From contig NZ_DATMRX010000347.1 of the NCBI RefSeq assembly GCF_035565855.1, positions 1 to 62,259 of the forward strand: a DNA stretch of 62,259 bases, written 5' to 3'. Under the pieces are notes generated by a model. It was given only the letters and a program-made list of their open reading frames with translations. It was not told the origin of the DNA and ran no database searches. Origin of the DNA: Pseudorhodoplanes sp. (GTDB taxonomy: Bacteria; Pseudomonadota; Alphaproteobacteria; Rhizobiales; Xanthobacteraceae). The translations under genes and the position numbers were made by a program. Every line of letters begins with the position of its first letter. The first letter of the stretch is position 1. Shown one piece after another: positions 1-11,734 of this stretch.

Positions 1-116
1 AGCCGCCGGATTGCTGCTGGGTTGCACGCAGGCTTGCCAAGCGTTGCGTGTTCGTACGGTCCCGGCCGCCGGCTGCGAAACTGTGTTTGCAGGGAAGGCG
101 ACCGGAAAGCGCGGCC

Positions 117-386
117 TTAGCGGCGGATGTTGTGCTTCTCAAGCAGCGCCCGGTAGCGCGCCTCGTCCTTCTTCTTGACGTAGTCGAGAAGCGAACGGCG
201 CGTGGAGACGAGCTTCAGGAGGCCACGGCGGGAATGGTTGTCCTTGCTGTGGGTCTTGAAGTGCTCGGTGAGGTTGGCGATGCGCTCGGAGAGGATCGCA
301 ACCTGGACTTCCGGCGAACCCGTGTCGCCGGCCTTCTTGGCATTGGTCTTGATGACTTCCGCTTTACGCTCTGCGGTAATCGACAT
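117..386 (-). CDS. rpsO: 30S ribosomal protein S15
   Basis: MSITAERK...[16 protein letters not shown]...[15 protein letters not shown], the S15 signature; downstream of truB. Confidence 0.98.
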   Translation of the reverse strand: MSITAERKAEVIKTNAKKAGDTGSPEVQVAILSERIANLTEHFKTHSKDNHSRRGLLKLVSTRRSLLDYVKKKDEARYRALLEKHNIRR

Positions 387-398
387 CGTCATGATCCC

Positions 399-1472
399 TT
401 AATTGCGGTCCGGACTCGCAACGAGCCCGGTGAGGTTGAACACGCGCTTGGGGATGAGTTCGCCATTGCCAAGCTCGGCGAGGGCCAGAAGCCTTCCTCC
501 GACAGTGACATAGACTGTGCCGTTTAGAATTGGCGCATCCCGTCCGCGCAACAAAACCGCTTGGCCTCTTGCGAGCCTTGCGGCATCCGCCCGTGTGACG
601 GCCAGTGCCGGGATGTCGTCCAGCGCGGTCTCAACGGGCCATAAAGCGTCGGCGAGGCTTGCCTCGCCGGCGGCGGCTCTATCGCACAAAGCCTGCAATT
701 CTTCCAGCGAAATCATCTCGTCCTCGCCGAACGGACCGACCGAGGTCCGGCGCAGCGCCGAGACGTGGCCCCGGCAGCCCAGGAGGCGGCCGAAATCGCG
801 CGCTAGGGCCCTTACATAGGTACCTTTTCCGCAATCGGTCTCGAACACGGCATGGTCCGGGTCCGGGGTCTCGATCAGGTCCAGCCGGTCGATCTCGACC
901 TCGCGGGGCTGCAGTTCCACCTCCTCGCCGTCGCGGGCGATGTCGTAGGCCCGCTCGCCGTCGATCTTGATGGCCGAGAAGCGGGGAGGGGTCTGCAGGA
1001 TGACGCCGCGGAAGCGCGGCAGGATCGCCCGGATCTGGTCGGCGGTCGGGCGATCGGCGCTGGTCTCGACGACGCGGCCTTCGGAATCGTCGGTGTCGCG
1101 CTCCTCACCCCAGCGCACCGTGAAGCGGTAGGTCTTCCGCGAATCCATGATGAACGGCACGGTCTTGGTTGCTTCGCCGAGCGCGATCGGCAGACACCCC
1201 GTCGCGAGCGGATCGAGCGTGCCGGCGTGACCGGCGCGCTTTGCCGAGAACAGCCGGCGGATCACCGCGACCGCATGCGTCGAGGTCATGCCGATCGGCT
1301 TGTCGAGCACCACCCAGCCGTGAACGTCGCGCTTGTCGCGCCGCGGCTGCTGCTTGCGCTTTTCCTTGCGTCCACCTTCGGCATGCGGGGGTACGGCGCG
1401 CTCATCACGGGGAGCGTCCAGGGCGTCCGCAGCATGAGGCCGACCATAAGCGGCGCGCGATTCGTCACTCAT
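399..1472 (-). CDS. truB: tRNA pseudouridine(55) synthase
   Basis: [26 protein letters not shown] and [13 protein letters not shown] motifs; start moved to ATG 1472, which overlaps the rbfA stop. Confidence 0.96.
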   Translation of the reverse strand: MSDESRAAYGRPHAADALDAPRDERAVPPHAEGGRKEKRKQQPRRDKRDVHGWVVLDKPIGMTSTHAVAVIRRLFSAKRAGHAGTLDPLATGCLPIALGEATKTVPFIMDSRKTYRFTVRWGEERDTDDSEGRVVETSADRPTADQIRAILPRFRGVILQTPPRFSAIKIDGERAYDIARDGEEVELQPREVEIDRLDLIETPDPDHAVFETDCGKGTYVRALARDFGRLLGCRGHVSALRRTSVGPFGEDEMISLEELQALCDRAAAGEASLADALWPVETALDDIPALAVTRADAARLARGQAVLLRGRDAPILNGTVYVTVGGRLLALAELGNGELIPKRVFNLTGLVASPDRN

Positions 1473-1887
1473 CTGCGTCTTCTTCCTTTTCGAGGTCGCG
1501 CCGTACCTGCGGCGTTCGCAAAAGCTTCTCGATCCGTTCCGCTTCGTCGAATCGCTCGTCGGCGCGGAAACGGATGTCAGGTGCAAATTTCAGGTTAACG
1601 CGATGCGCGATCTCGCCGCGCAAGAAGCGCTTGTTGTCGTTCAGCGCCGCGATGACTTCGTTCACGTCCTTGCCGCCGAGCGGCATCACGTAAATCGTCG
1701 CAAGCCGCAGGTCGGCGGTCATCCGCACTTCCGGGATCGTGATCATGTGACCTTCGATCACCGGATCATGGATGTCGCCTCGCGTCAGCATCTCCGCCAT
1801 CGCGTGACGGATCAGTTCGCCGACGCGGAGCTGACGCTGCGAGGCGCCGGCAGGCCCCACGTCCTGTTTCGGCTTCTTGTGTTTCAT
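1465..1887 (-). CDS. rbfA: 30S ribosome-binding factor A
   Basis: [14 protein letters not shown]...DLRLATIYV...[13 protein letters not shown]; start at ATG 1887 because the upstream ORF extension runs through a repeat. Confidence 0.96.
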   Translation of the reverse strand: MKHKKPKQDVGPAGASQRQLRVGELIRHAMAEMLTRGDIHDPVIEGHMITIPEVRMTADLRLATIYVMPLGGKDVNEVIAALNDNKRFLRGEIAHRVNLKFAPDIRFRADERFDEAERIEKLLRTPQVRRDLEKEEDADE

Positions 1888-1906
1888 GACGAAAAAAACC
1901 TCGCGG

Positions 1907-1986
1907 GTCATCGCCCGCGAAAAGCGGACGACCCAGCGACACCGCGATTGCGGTTCGCTGGATGCCCCGCTCGCGCGGGGCATGAC
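1907..1986. repeat. GTCAT-tagged REP doublet (REPIN-like)
   Basis: gtcatcgcccgcgaaaagcggacgacccag...ctggatgccccgctcgcgcggggcatgac: two inverted hairpin units; close relative at 60538-60620. Confidence 0.85.
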
Positions 1987-2033
1987 GGTTCGATTGTTTT
2001 ATAAAAGCCGCTACGTAGCCGTGAGACTTGGAC

Positions 2034-4628
2034 TCACAGGCTGCGTTGCACTTGCTCAACCCGGTAGCACTCGATCACGTCGCCGACACGCATATCCTGA
2101 TAGCTTTCGAACGCCATGCCGCATTCCTGGCCGGCGTTGACCTCCTTGACGTCGTCCTTGAAGCGCTTGAGCTGCGACAGCTTGCCTTCGTGGACCACGA
2201 CATTGTCGCGGATCAGCCGTACATTGGCGCCGCGCTCGACGGTGCCGTCGGTGACGATGCAACCCGCCACCTTGCCGACCTTGGAGACGTTGAAGACTTC
2301 CTGGATACGCGCATTGCCGAGCATGGTCTCGCGCCGTTCCGGCGTGAGCAGTCCCGACATCGCGGCTTTCACGTCATCCACGAGATTGTAGATGATGTTG
2401 TAGTAGCGGATCTCGATGCCGTCGCGCTCGGCCGCTTCGCGCGCTTCCTTGTGGGCGCGCACGTTGAAGCCGATCACGGCGGCGCCGATCGATTCGGCGA
2501 GCGTGATATCCGACTCGGTGATGCCGCCGACGCCCGACAGCACGATCCGGGCGCCGACCTCGTCATTGCCGAGCTTGTCGAGCGCGCCGACGATCGCTTC
2601 CAGCGAGCCTTGCACGTCCGCCTTCACGACCAGCGGGAATTCCTTGCGGCCGGCGGTCTTGGCCTGCGCCATCATCTGCTCGAGCGAGCCGCGCATGCCG
2701 GTCTGGCGGGCGGCCTGCTTGTCGCGGCGCTGGCGGGCGCGATAGGTGGTGATTTCGCGCGCGCGGGCTTCGCTTTCGACCACGCCGAGCCGGTCGCCGG
2801 CCTCCGGCGTGCCGTTGAAGCCCAGCACTTCGACGGGCACGGACGGGCCGGCATCGTCGACGCTTTCGCCCTTGTCGGTGATGATCGCGCGCACCCGGCC
2901 CCATTCGGAGCCGGCGACAACGATGTCGCCGATATCGAGCGTGCCGCGCTGAACCAGCACGGTGGCGACCGGGCCGCGGCCGCGATCGAGCTTGGCTTCG
3001 ATCACGGTGCCTTCCGCGAGACGGCGCGGATTGGCTTTCAGGTCGAGAATTTCCGCCTGAAGACCGATGGTCTCGAGCAGCTTGTCGAGATTGATCTTCT
3101 TCATGGCGGAGACTTCGACGTCGAGAACGTCGCCGCCGAGCGATTCCACCTGCACTTCGTGTTGCAGCAGCTCGGTGCGAACCCGGTCGGGCTTGGCGTC
3201 CGGCTTGTCGATCTTGTTGATCGCGACGATCATCGGGACCTTCGCCGCCTTGGCGTGATGGATCGCCTCGATGGTCTGCGGCATCACGCCGTCGTCAGCC
3301 GCGACGACCAGAACCACGATGTCGGTCACGCGCGCGCCACGTGCGCGCATCGCCGTGAAGGCGGCGTGGCCCGGCGTATCGATGAAGGTGATCTTGCCGT
3401 GCGAGGGTGAGTCGACCTGATAGGCGCCGATATGCTGGGTGATGCCACCGGCTTCACCGGAAACGACGTTGGCCGAACGAATCGCGTCGAGAAGCGACGT
3501 CTTGCCGTGGTCGACGTGACCCATGATGGTGACCACCGGCGCCCGGGGCTCGAGATCCTCCGGATCGTCGGGAGCGTCGAACAGACCCTCTTCGACGTCG
3601 GCCTCCGAGACGCGCTTGACGGTGTGGCCAAGTTCTTCCGCAATCAGCTGGGCGGTGTCGGCATCGATCACGTCGGTGATCTTGGCCATGTGACCCTGCT
3701 TCATGAGCATGCGGATCACGTCGACGCCCCGCTCCGCCATGCGGTTGGCGAGTTCCTGGATCGTGATGGTTTCCGGAATGACCACTTCGCGGGCGAGCTT
3801 TTCCTTCGGCTCGTCGTGATGGCCCTTCAGGCGCTGCGTACGGCGACGGAACGAGGCAACCGAGCGTTCGCGCACTTCGTCGGCATTGGTTGCGTTCACC
3901 ACCGTGAGACGGGTGCGCTGCTTCGGAATCGCATTCCGCGGCGCCTTGACCGCAGGAGCAGGACGCGCCGGACCTGCGCCGGCGCCGGGACGGCGTCCGC
4001 GCGGGGTCTCGTCCTCGTCCGCTTCGATGACCTGGGGTCTCGCGCCGACCCGGCCAGCGCCCGGAGCCGCGGGAGCGGCAGTGGCCGGCGCCGTCTCTTC
4101 GCCGAACCGCTTCCTGGCTTCCTGCTCGGCCTTGCGCTTGGCCTCTTCCTCGCGACGATGGCGTTCTTCTTCCTCGCGCTTGCGGGCCTCGGCGGCCTCG
4201 CGCTCGGCCTTTTCGATGCTTTCGCGGCTCTGCCTGCGGCGCGCATCCTCTTCGGCAATGCGGCGCTCTTCGGCTTCGCGCAACCGCGCGTCGGCGAGCG
4301 CATGGGCGCGCGCATTGCGTTCGTCGTCGGTCAGCGTGCGCAACACCACGCCGGACTTCGACGGCGCGGGCGCTTGCGGCGCTGCCGGCGCAGATCTGGC
4401 CGATGGCGGGGCGACCCGCGGCTTCGGGGCGACCGGTTCGGCGACCGGCTCCGCCTTGGCTTCGCCCGGCGCGCCGATCACGCGACGTTTGACCTTCTCG
4501 ACCACGACCTGCTTGGTGCGGCCGTGGCTGAAGCTCTGGCGGACCACGCCCGTTTCGGTGCGCGGCTTCAGCGTCAGCGTCTTGCCGCTGCCGATCTTCT
4601 TTTCGCCAGGTGTCTTCGTTTCACTCAT
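2034..4628 (-). CDS. infB: translation initiation factor IF-2
   Basis: [33 protein letters not shown] and NKID GTPase motifs; N-terminal [11 protein letters not shown]. Confidence 0.99.
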   Translation of the reverse strand: MSETKTPGEKKIGSGKTLTLKPRTETGVVRQSFSHGRTKQVVVEKVKRRVIGAPGEAKAEPVAEPVAPKPRVAPPSARSAPAAPQAPAPSKSGVVLRTLTDDERNARAHALADARLREAEERRIAEEDARRRQSRESIEKAEREAAEARKREEEERHRREEEAKRKAEQEARKRFGEETAPATAAPAAPGAGRVGARPQVIEADEDETPRGRRPGAGAGPARPAPAVKAPRNAIPKQRTRLTVVNATNADEVRERSVASFRRRTQRLKGHHDEPKEKLAREVVIPETITIQELANRMAERGVDVIRMLMKQGHMAKITDVIDADTAQLIAEELGHTVKRVSEADVEEGLFDAPDDPEDLEPRAPVVTIMGHVDHGKTSLLDAIRSANVVSGEAGGITQHIGAYQVDSPSHGKITFIDTPGHAAFTAMRARGARVTDIVVLVVAADDGVMPQTIEAIHHAKAAKVPMIVAINKIDKPDAKPDRVRTELLQHEVQVESLGGDVLDVEVSAMKKINLDKLLETIGLQAEILDLKANPRRLAEGTVIEAKLDRGRGPVATVLVQRGTLDIGDIVVAGSEWGRVRAIITDKGESVDDAGPSVPVEVLGFNGTPEAGDRLGVVESEARAREITTYRARQRRDKQAARQTGMRGSLEQMMAQAKTAGRKEFPLVVKADVQGSLEAIVGALDKLGNDEVGARIVLSGVGGITESDITLAESIGAAVIGFNVRAHKEAREAAERDGIEIRYYNIIYNLVDDVKAAMSGLLTPERRETMLGNARIQEVFNVSKVGKVAGCIVTDGTVERGANVRLIRDNVVVHEGKLSQLKRFKDDVKEVNAGQECGMAFESYQDMRVGDVIECYRVEQVQRSL

Positions 4629-5340
4629 CCGTATTCCGTTCCCGAATCCGTTCTCTGGGTTCCTTGTCCGACGCGCGATGTGACGCCGGCATGTCCGTTT
4701 CGCCGGTGCGAAAGCGCATCATGCGCTGACAACGCGTGAGGAAGCCCTGGCTTGCTGGGCCGGCAAGCAGGGCAGCATGTATCACATTTGACCGGCCCAA
4801 TGCCAAATCCAATTGCGCCCCCGGAAACGCCCGGATCACCGGAATTTCCGGCTTTTCGGCCTCCGCCTGGCGCCGGAGCAGGGCCTTGAGCTTGCGCAGG
4901 CCGTCCTCGGCGCCGTCGCTCGCGTGCAGCAGCGCCACCGGGTTGTCCCGGTCGATGGCGGCCTCGACCTTGGCAAAGCCGCTCACGACCGATCCGGCCT
5001 TGCCGGCAATCGAGAGCGCGTCGAGCGCCGCGCGTTCGAGCAGGCGGTCGGTCAGTGCGCCGATTTCGGCGTCCGCCCGGACCTCCCGCTTGAAGCCCCG
5101 GGCGAACAGCTTGCGGCGCTGGGCCGTATCGACCGCGTCCCGGGTCGCGGTAATCCACAGTCCGCGGCCGGGCAAATTGCGCTTCACGTCCGGCACGACC
5201 GCGCCGTCCGGACCCACAACGAAGCGGATCAGCTCATCGACCGGCTTGACCGCCCGCGCGACGACGCAGAATCGCTCGGGGGCGGCGCCTTTGTGAGGCC
5301 CGCTGTCGAGAGCGTTGTCGTCGTCGAGCGTTGCGAGCAT
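4621..5340 (-). CDS. YlxR/DUF448 RNA-binding protein with L7Ae-like C-terminal domain
   Basis: ERFCVVAR...[10 protein letters not shown]...LPGRGLWI; lies between nusA and infB. Confidence 0.9.
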   Translation of the reverse strand: MLATLDDDNALDSGPHKGAAPERFCVVARAVKPVDELIRFVVGPDGAVVPDVKRNLPGRGLWITATRDAVDTAQRRKLFARGFKREVRADAEIGALTDRLLERAALDALSIAGKAGSVVSGFAKVEAAIDRDNPVALLHASDGAEDGLRKLKALLRRQAEAEKPEIPVIRAFPGAQLDLALGRSNVIHAALLAGPASQGFLTRCQRMMRFRTGETDMPASHRASDKEPRERIRERNTDE

Positions 5341-5355
5341 GCCGGTCTCACCACC

Positions 5356-6963
5356 TCACGCGCCTGCGGCTTCGGGCTCGGCGGCCTCTTCGGCAGCTTC
5401 GCTCGCAAGGTCGGCTTCGGTGACCCATCCGGCCTTCAGGCGGGCCTGCATGATGATGCCCTCGCACTCGTCGCGCGTGAGTTCGAACCCGTCGAGAATG
5501 CCCGGCTCGCGCTTGGTCTCGCCATCCTTGCGCTCGGTCCAGCCGGCGAGGTCGTCGGTCGCGCAGCCGGCGAGGTCCTCGACCGTCTTCACGCCGTTCT
5601 CGCCGAACGCGACCAGCATCTTGGTCGTGACGCCGGGAACGTCCTTCAATGCGTCCTCGACGCCCAGCGCCTTGCGCTTCTCGTCGTATTCTTTCTCGAT
5701 GCGCTCGAGGTAATCACGGGCGCGGCTTTGCAATTCCTCGGCGGTCTCCTCGTCGAAGCCCTCGATGCCGGCAATTTCCTTGATATCGACCAAAGCCAGC
5801 TCTTCGACGGAGGTGAAGCCTTCAGAGGCAAGCAATTGCGCCACCACCTCGTCGACATCGAGCGCCTCGATGAAGGTCTTGGTGCGGTTCTGGAACTCGG
5901 CCTGACGACGCTCGGATTCCTCCTGCTCGGTCAGGATGTCGATATCCCAGCCGGTCAGTTGTGAAGCGAGCCGCACATTCTGGCCGCGGCGTCCAATCGC
6001 CAGCGACAATTGGGCATCCGGAACGACGACTTCAATACGCTCCTTGTCCTCGTCGAGCACCACCTTGGCGACTTCGGCGGGGGCGAGCGCATTGACCACG
6101 AAGGTCGCGATGTCGTGCGACCAGGGAATGATGTCGATCTTCTCGCCCTGCAATTCGTTCACCACGGCCTGCACGCGCGAACCGCGCATGCCGACGCAGG
6201 CGCCGACCGGATCGACCGAGGAATCGCGAGAGATCACCGCGATCTTGGCGCGCGAACCCGGATCGCGCGCGACCGCCTTCACCTCGACGATACCGTCATA
6301 GATTTCCGGCACTTCCTGCGCGAACAGCTTGGCCATGAATTGCGGATGGGTGCGCGACAGGAAGATCTGCGGCCCGCGCGGCTCCCGGCGCACGTCGTAG
6401 ATATAGGCGCGCACGCGGTCGCCGTTGCGGAACACTTCGCGCGGCAGCATCTCGTCGCGGCGCACGATGGCTTCGCCACGGCCCAGATCGACGACCACAT
6501 TGCCGTATTCGACGCGCTTGACCACGCCGTTGACGATGTCGCCGATGCGGTCCTTGTATTCCTGATATTGCCGGTCGCGCTCGGCCTCGCGCACCTTCTG
6601 CACGATCACCTGCTTGGCGCTCTGCGCAGCGATACGGCCATATTCCAGCGGCGGCAGGGCGTCGGCGATGGTGTCGCCGATTTGCGCCGAGGGATTGAGG
6701 CGGCGCGCATCCTCGAGGCTGATCTGGTTCGACGGGTTCTCCACCTGGTCGACGACCAGCATGTGGCGAGACAGGCGAAGCTCGCCTTTCTTCTGATCGA
6801 TTTCGGCGCGGACCTCGGTCTCGCTGCCGTAACGCGAACGTGCCGCACGCGCGATCGCGTCCTCCATCGCGGCAATCACGATGCCGCGGTCGATGGACTT
6901 TTCGCGGGCGACCGCGTCAGCGATCTGCAGCAATTCGAGCTTGTTGGCGCTAACCGCGGCCAT
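5356..6963 (-). CDS. nusA: transcription termination factor NusA
   Basis: [63 protein letters not shown]. Confidence 0.99.
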   Translation of the reverse strand: MAAVSANKLELLQIADAVAREKSIDRGIVIAAMEDAIARAARSRYGSETEVRAEIDQKKGELRLSRHMLVVDQVENPSNQISLEDARRLNPSAQIGDTIADALPPLEYGRIAAQSAKQVIVQKVREAERDRQYQEYKDRIGDIVNGVVKRVEYGNVVVDLGRGEAIVRRDEMLPREVFRNGDRVRAYIYDVRREPRGPQIFLSRTHPQFMAKLFAQEVPEIYDGIVEVKAVARDPGSRAKIAVISRDSSVDPVGACVGMRGSRVQAVVNELQGEKIDIIPWSHDIATFVVNALAPAEVAKVVLDEDKERIEVVVPDAQLSLAIGRRGQNVRLASQLTGWDIDILTEQEESERRQAEFQNRTKTFIEALDVDEVVAQLLASEGFTSVEELALVDIKEIAGIEGFDEETAEELQSRARDYLERIEKEYDEKRKALGVEDALKDVPGVTTKMLVAFGENGVKTVEDLAGCATDDLAGWTERKDGETKREPGILDGFELTRDECEGIIMQARLKAGWVTEADLASEAAEEAAEPEAAGA

Positions 6964-6965
6964 GA

Positions 6966-7733
6966 TCACTCTCCTTCGTCATAATCACCGGACCGCGCTT
7001 TCTTCGCGCGATCCAACTGAGCTTGCTTGGGCCGGGGCATCGCCCGATCCGGTTTCTGTTTCGTCCGATCGTTCGTCTTGGCCTTGTCTTTGGCCGGGGT
7101 CTTGGCTTTGGCCCTGGGCGCGTCATCGCGTTCGGCGCGGCCCTCGCCGCGTGCCTCGCGCTCGGCGGCCTTGCCCTTGCGCAGGGCCTCGGCAATCAGG
7201 TCGTCGGTCAGGACAAGCTTCGCATCCGCCATATCTTCGATTGGCAGCAGAAATTCGGCAGGCTCGCCGTCTTTCGCGGCCTTGCCGTCCTCGAGACGGA
7301 TTCGTGCTGCATCGCCTTCGACGCCGGCGAGGATGCCGCGGAAGCGCTTGCGGCCATCGACCGGCACATTCATTTCGATCTTCGCGAGATATCCGGCGTG
7401 CCGTTCGAAATCCGAACGCCGCACCAGTGGCCGATCGATGCCCGGCGACGAGATTTCCAGCCGGTAGGCCCGTTCGATCGGGTCGGCGACATCGAGGACC
7501 GGCGACAACGCATGCGAGATTTCCTCGCAATCCTCGATCGCCAGCGTTCCATCCGGCCGCTCGGCCATCACCTGCACGGTGCAGCCGTCGGCCGCGGAAA
7601 TCTTCACCCGGACCAGCCGGTATCCCAGGCTCTCGACCACGGGTTCCGCGATCGCGGCGACACGCGCGGCAAGCCCCGGCTGCGCGATCAGCCGCGGCTC
7701 GGCAACGGTCTTGTCGTCATGCAACAGATTCAT
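6966..7733 (-). CDS. rimP: ribosome maturation factor RimP
   Basis: LGYRLVRV...[15 protein letters not shown]...[14 protein letters not shown]; first gene of the nusA operon. Confidence 0.96.
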   Translation of the reverse strand: MNLLHDDKTVAEPRLIAQPGLAARVAAIAEPVVESLGYRLVRVKISAADGCTVQVMAERPDGTLAIEDCEEISHALSPVLDVADPIERAYRLEISSPGIDRPLVRRSDFERHAGYLAKIEMNVPVDGRKRFRGILAGVEGDAARIRLEDGKAAKDGEPAEFLLPIEDMADAKLVLTDDLIAEALRKGKAAEREARGEGRAERDDAPRAKAKTPAKDKAKTNDRTKQKPDRAMPRPKQAQLDRAKKARSGDYDEGE

Positions 7734-7823
7734 CGAAGCTGTACGGTATTTCCAGGGTCTTACGTCGCCCGGCGCCTTGCGGGATTGCGCATCGCAAAAC
7801 GCAATCCAGCCAAATCAGGTAAC

Positions 7824-7857
7824 AAAAAAGAGCGGGTCCCGGGCGGGGCCCACTCTC
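7824..7857 (-). promoter_or_regulatory. rimP leader: terminator-like hairpin (putative attenuator)
   Basis: Minus strand gagagtgggccccgcccgggacccgctctttttt, a GC stem plus T6 about 90 nt upstream of rimP. Confidence 0.7.
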
Positions 7858-8002
7858 AAAAACCGATCCAGTGAAGGATCGTTATGAGGTGTCTTAAGAC
7901 ACCGCGAATATAGCGGTTTTTGCTCGTTTCGCAAGGGAGAAGGCTGGAACCGGCTAACCCTTCGTTCAGACTCGAAAGGTAAATTTTTTGCGGTTCCGCC
8001 GG

Positions 8003-9124
8003 ATGGCTACGATAAACAATCCCACGATGGCCCCAGCTTTTTCGCTGCTCCCCGAGCTTGAGACCGTCGTGCGACACGGTTCGGGCGAACGGCGTTCCGA
8101 GGCGCTGCGGCAAATCACGGCGCTGTTCCTGCGCGGCGCCGATCGGTTCAAGGACGAACATATCCGTCTGTTCGACGATGTGTTCGTGCTGCTCATCAAC
8201 GAGATCGAGTCCCAGGCACGCGCAGAATTATCGCGGCAGCTCGCGCCCGTGGAGAATTCACCGATCCAGGTGATCCGCAAGCTGGCGAAAGACGAGGACA
8301 TCATGGTGGCCGGCCCGGTGCTGGCGCAATCGCCCCGGCTGGTCACGGCCGACCTCGTGGCGATCGCCAGCGCAATGAGCGCCGAGCATCTCTATGCCAT
8401 TTCGAGCCGCGCCGAAATCGCGGAGCCGGTGACGGATATTCTGGTGCGCCGCGGTGATTTCGCGGTGAAGCGCAAGCTCGCGGGCAATGCCGGAGCGAAA
8501 ATCTCGGAAAGCGGGTTCAGCGCGCTGATCCGAAGTGCCGAAAGCGACAACGTACTCGCCGAGACTGTCGCGTTCCGCGCCGATGTCCCGGACCACATGT
8601 TCCGCGAATTGATCGCTCGCGCGACCAACGTTCTGCAGCAGCGTCTCCTTGCCAAGGTGAGACCCGAAACCCAGGCCGAACTGCGCCGGATCCTGACGCA
8701 GGCGCCTGGAAGCGGGCTTCCGCACAAGCCGGCCCGCGATTTTTCGCAGGCGCAGGCAAAGATACGGGAACTGACCGATGCCGGTCGGTTGGACGAGGCC
8801 GCGCTTGCGGCTCTCGCACGACAGCATTGCTACGATGAAATGATCGCTGCGATGTCAAAGCTCGCGAGCATACCGGTCGATGTGGTGGATCGGCTGGTGA
8901 GCGGCGAGCGGCCCGATCCGATCCTCATCCTGTGCAAGGCAGCCGGTTATTCCTGGCCGACCGCGCGCGACATCATCATGGCGCGGCCCGGCAACCGTGG
9001 CAAAAGCGCGCCCAGCATCGATGCGGCGAGCACGAATTTCGACCGGCTGTCGGAATCCACCGCACGCCGGGTGGTGCGGTTCTGGCAGGTGACGCCGGAT
9101 AGCGTAAGCGGCAGCGCGGCGTAA
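8003..9124 (+). CDS. DUF2336 domain-containing protein
   Basis: ARAELSRQLAP...IRKLAKDEDIMVAGPVLAQSPRL...VTDILVRRGD...LAGNAGA, typical of DUF2336; start 8003 or 8027. Confidence 0.85.
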   Translation: MATINNPTMAPAFSLLPELETVVRHGSGERRSEALRQITALFLRGADRFKDEHIRLFDDVFVLLINEIESQARAELSRQLAPVENSPIQVIRKLAKDEDIMVAGPVLAQSPRLVTADLVAIASAMSAEHLYAISSRAEIAEPVTDILVRRGDFAVKRKLAGNAGAKISESGFSALIRSAESDNVLAETVAFRADVPDHMFRELIARATNVLQQRLLAKVRPETQAELRRILTQAPGSGLPHKPARDFSQAQAKIRELTDAGRLDEAALAALARQHCYDEMIAAMSKLASIPVDVVDRLVSGERPDPILILCKAAGYSWPTARDIIMARPGNRGKSAPSIDAASTNFDRLSESTARRVVRFWQVTPDSVSGSAA

Positions 9125-9132
9125 GCGATTGC

Positions 9133-9163
9133 ACGGGCTCGCCTGCGCGGTAGACGAGCCCGT
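9133..9163. terminator. hairpin between convergent genes (possible bidirectional terminator)
   Basis: acgggctcg...cgagcccgt inverted repeat between the DUF2336 and SDR stops; no strong U-tract. Confidence 0.45.
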
Positions 9164-9176
9164 AAGTTGCATCGCA

Positions 9177-9932
9177 TCAGATCGCCTGTCCGCCCGACAC
9201 TTCGATCCGCTGTGCGTTGACCCAGCGATTGTCCGGCGACAACAGGCTCGCGACCATCGGGCCAATGTCATCGGGCACGCCGACGCGGCCGAGCGCAGTG
9301 ATGGTCGCGAGCTGCTTGTTGATCTCCGGATTGTCGCGGACCGCGCCGCCGCCGAAGTCGGTTTCGATCGCGCCCGGCGCCACCGTGTTGACCGTGATCC
9401 GGCGCGCGCCAAGCTCCTTCGCAAGATAAACGGTCAGCACTTCGACGGCGCCCTTCGCAGCGGCATAGGCCGCGTAACCGGGATAGGCGAAGCGTGTCAG
9501 TCCGCTGGACGTGTTCAGGATACGACCGCCATCCTTGATCAGCGGCAGCAGCGTCTGCGTCAGGAAGAACACGCCCTTGAAATGGACGTTCACCAGCCGG
9601 TCGAACTGCGCTTCGGTGGTATCCGTGATCGCCGCGTAGTCACCGTGTCCGGCATTGTTGACGAGGTGATCGAGCGTGTCGCGTTGCCAGGTCTTTTGCA
9701 GCGCTTTCTTCAGCTCTTCCGCGAATTGCGGAAAGCTGGAGACGTTGCCGGTATCGAGCTGGAGCGCAACGGCCTTGCGACCCAGCGCTGCGATCTCGGC
9801 GACGACGGCTTGCGCGTCTTCGGCCCGGCTCTGATAGGTGAAAATGACATCGCCGCCATGACGCGCGATGCTCAAGGCTGTGCTGCGGCCGAGACCGCGG
9901 CTTCCGCCGGTGACGAGAGTGATGGTGGTCAT
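9177..9932 (-). CDS. SDR family NAD(P)-dependent oxidoreductase
   Basis: TGGSRGLG, NNAG, YAAAK and PGAIETDF motifs; GGAGGAG RBS before ATG 9932. Confidence 0.95.
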   Translation of the reverse strand: MTTITLVTGGSRGLGRSTALSIARHGGDVIFTYQSRAEDAQAVVAEIAALGRKAVALQLDTGNVSSFPQFAEELKKALQKTWQRDTLDHLVNNAGHGDYAAITDTTEAQFDRLVNVHFKGVFFLTQTLLPLIKDGGRILNTSSGLTRFAYPGYAAYAAAKGAVEVLTVYLAKELGARRITVNTVAPGAIETDFGGGAVRDNPEINKQLATITALGRVGVPDDIGPMVASLLSPDNRWVNAQRIEVSGGQAI

Positions 9933-10065
9933 GTGCTCCTCCTGCATGGTGTGGCCACGCTGAGATCGGAAGGGCAGGGCGGAGCTGCTTGCCGAAACCG
10001 GGGCGATTTTTGCCTAATCCTCCAAATGGCGTGCGCCTGAGGGATTGCGCGTATAAGCTTTAGCC

Positions 10066-10959
10066 ATGACGACCTTGCTCAAAGCGGTGAGCGGCTACGC
10101 CGAAGCGCACGCCAACGCCGACGGCCTGGCGCAAACGCCGATCGAAGGCCTCGTGCTGGTGCGCGCGACGGCACCGAGCGGGCTGGTCCACGCCGTATCC
10201 AAACCTCTCGTCTGCCTGGTGGTCCAGGGCAGCAAGCATGTCACGATGGGGACGCAGGGCTTTGCTTTCAGCGCCGGCGATTCCCTCCTGATAACGGCCG
10301 ACGTGCCGACGGTGAGCCAGATCACCCGTGCCAGCGTTGCCGCGCCCTATCTGTCGCTGGTGTTCGAACTCGATCTCGCGATCATTGCCGCTCTCGGCGC
10401 GGAGATGGGCACCGAGCGGGTGGCGGATTCGGCGCCGGTGCGGGTCGATCCGACCGATGCCGAGGTTGCGGATGCAGCGCTGCGGCTGATGCGGCTCCTC
10501 GACCGGCCGTCAGCGGTTCCGGTGTTGAAGGCGCAGCTCATCCGGGAAATGCATTACTGGCTCCTCGTCGGCCGCCATGGCTCGGCGATCCGGCGCCTCG
10601 GCTGGCCAGACGGTCATGTGCAGCGGGTGGCGCGTGCGGTTTCCGTGCTGCGGGCCGAGTTCGGCAAGCCGTTGCGTGTCGAGCGCCTTGCGGCGGAGGC
10701 GGGCATGAGTCCGTCGTCCTTCCACCAGCATTTCCGCGCGGTGACGTCGCTCTCGCCGCTGCAATTCCAGAAGCACCTGCGCCTGATCGAAGCCCGCCGG
10801 CTGATGATGTCAAAGGGCGCATCCGCGAGCAGCGCGGCATTCGCGGTCGGCTATGAGAGCGTGCCGCAATTCACCCGCGAGTATCGGCGCATGTTCGGGC
10901 TGCCGCCGGTGAAGGATGCCAAGGCGGTCCGGAGCCAGGCGGCCGCATCGGTGGCGTGA
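10066..10959 (+). CDS. AraC family transcriptional regulator
   Basis: C-terminal LAAEAGMSPSSFHQHF...SPLQFQK...VGYESVPQFTREYRRMFG; divergent from the SDR. Confidence 0.95.
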   Translation: MTTLLKAVSGYAEAHANADGLAQTPIEGLVLVRATAPSGLVHAVSKPLVCLVVQGSKHVTMGTQGFAFSAGDSLLITADVPTVSQITRASVAAPYLSLVFELDLAIIAALGAEMGTERVADSAPVRVDPTDAEVADAALRLMRLLDRPSAVPVLKAQLIREMHYWLLVGRHGSAIRRLGWPDGHVQRVARAVSVLRAEFGKPLRVERLAAEAGMSPSSFHQHFRAVTSLSPLQFQKHLRLIEARRLMMSKGASASSAAFAVGYESVPQFTREYRRMFGLPPVKDAKAVRSQAAASVA

Positions 10960-10970
10960 GGGCCGTCAGG

Positions 10971-11696
10971 TCATCGTCGACGGAACGTCAGGTAACAGGG
11001 CGTGCGGCCTTCGCGCACGGCTTTGGCCTCGTAGCGCGTGCGCAGGAAATCCGGCCAGGGCTTGCGCCAGTCGTCAGCGCGTTCGGCCGTCCATTCGAAC
11101 TCGGGTGAGCGGAGCAGGCGGACCAATGTCCAGGCGGCATAATCCGGGATGTCGGATGCAAAGCGGAAGATGCCGCCTGGCTTGAGCACGCGTGCGATGG
11201 CGGCAATGCTCGCATCCTGCACGAACCGGCGCTTCCAGTGCCGCCGTTTTGGCCACGGATCGGGATAGAGCAGATAGACCGTCGAGAGGGCGGCCGGCGG
11301 AAGCCACGCCAGCAGGTCGGTCGCATCGCCGTGATGCAGGCGGATGTTGGTCAGGCCCTTCGCGTCGATGGCGGCCAAGGCCTTGGCCATCCCGTTGAGA
11401 AAGGGTTCGACGCCGATGAAGCCGCAATCCGGGTTGGCGGCTGCCTGCGCGATCAGATGCTCTGCGCCGCCGAAGCCGATCTCGAGACGGACCTCGCGCA
11501 CTGCATCGTGAAACAGCGCATCGAGGGACGAGGGCGCAGACGATTGCAGATCAATGCAGAGTGTCGGCAAGAGCGTCGCAAACAAACGCGCTTGTCCGGC
11601 GCGCAACGCCTTGCCCTTGCGTCGCCCGAAAAACGCGCCGCTGCGTGGGACGCTGTCGGATTGGTCGGAGCCGGAATGCATGACGGCCGCATCCAT
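10971..11696 (-). CDS. trmB: tRNA (guanine-N7)-methyltransferase
   Basis: FFGRRKG, LEIGFGGAEH, YPDPWPKRRHWKRR, TRYEAKA; start uncertain. Confidence 0.95.
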   Translation of the reverse strand: MDAAVMHSGSDQSDSVPRSGAFFGRRKGKALRAGQARLFATLLPTLCIDLQSSAPSSLDALFHDAVREVRLEIGFGGAEHLIAQAAANPDCGFIGVEPFLNGMAKALAAIDAKGLTNIRLHHGDATDLLAWLPPAALSTVYLLYPDPWPKRRHWKRRFVQDASIAAIARVLKPGGIFRFASDIPDYAAWTLVRLLRSPEFEWTAERADDWRKPWPDFLRTRYEAKAVREGRTPCYLTFRRR

Positions 11697-11734
11697 GATG
11701 CGGCCGTCGCAAAAACACAAGCTGTCTGAGCGTG

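Noticed and set aside
2028-4739. Long plus-strand ORFs (460 aa and 435 aa) opposite infB; similar ones at 18150..19649, 31089..32558, 56278..57954 and 60626..61816
   Set aside because: Antisense shadows of well-supported genes, typical of high-GC codon bias; no recognisable motifs.
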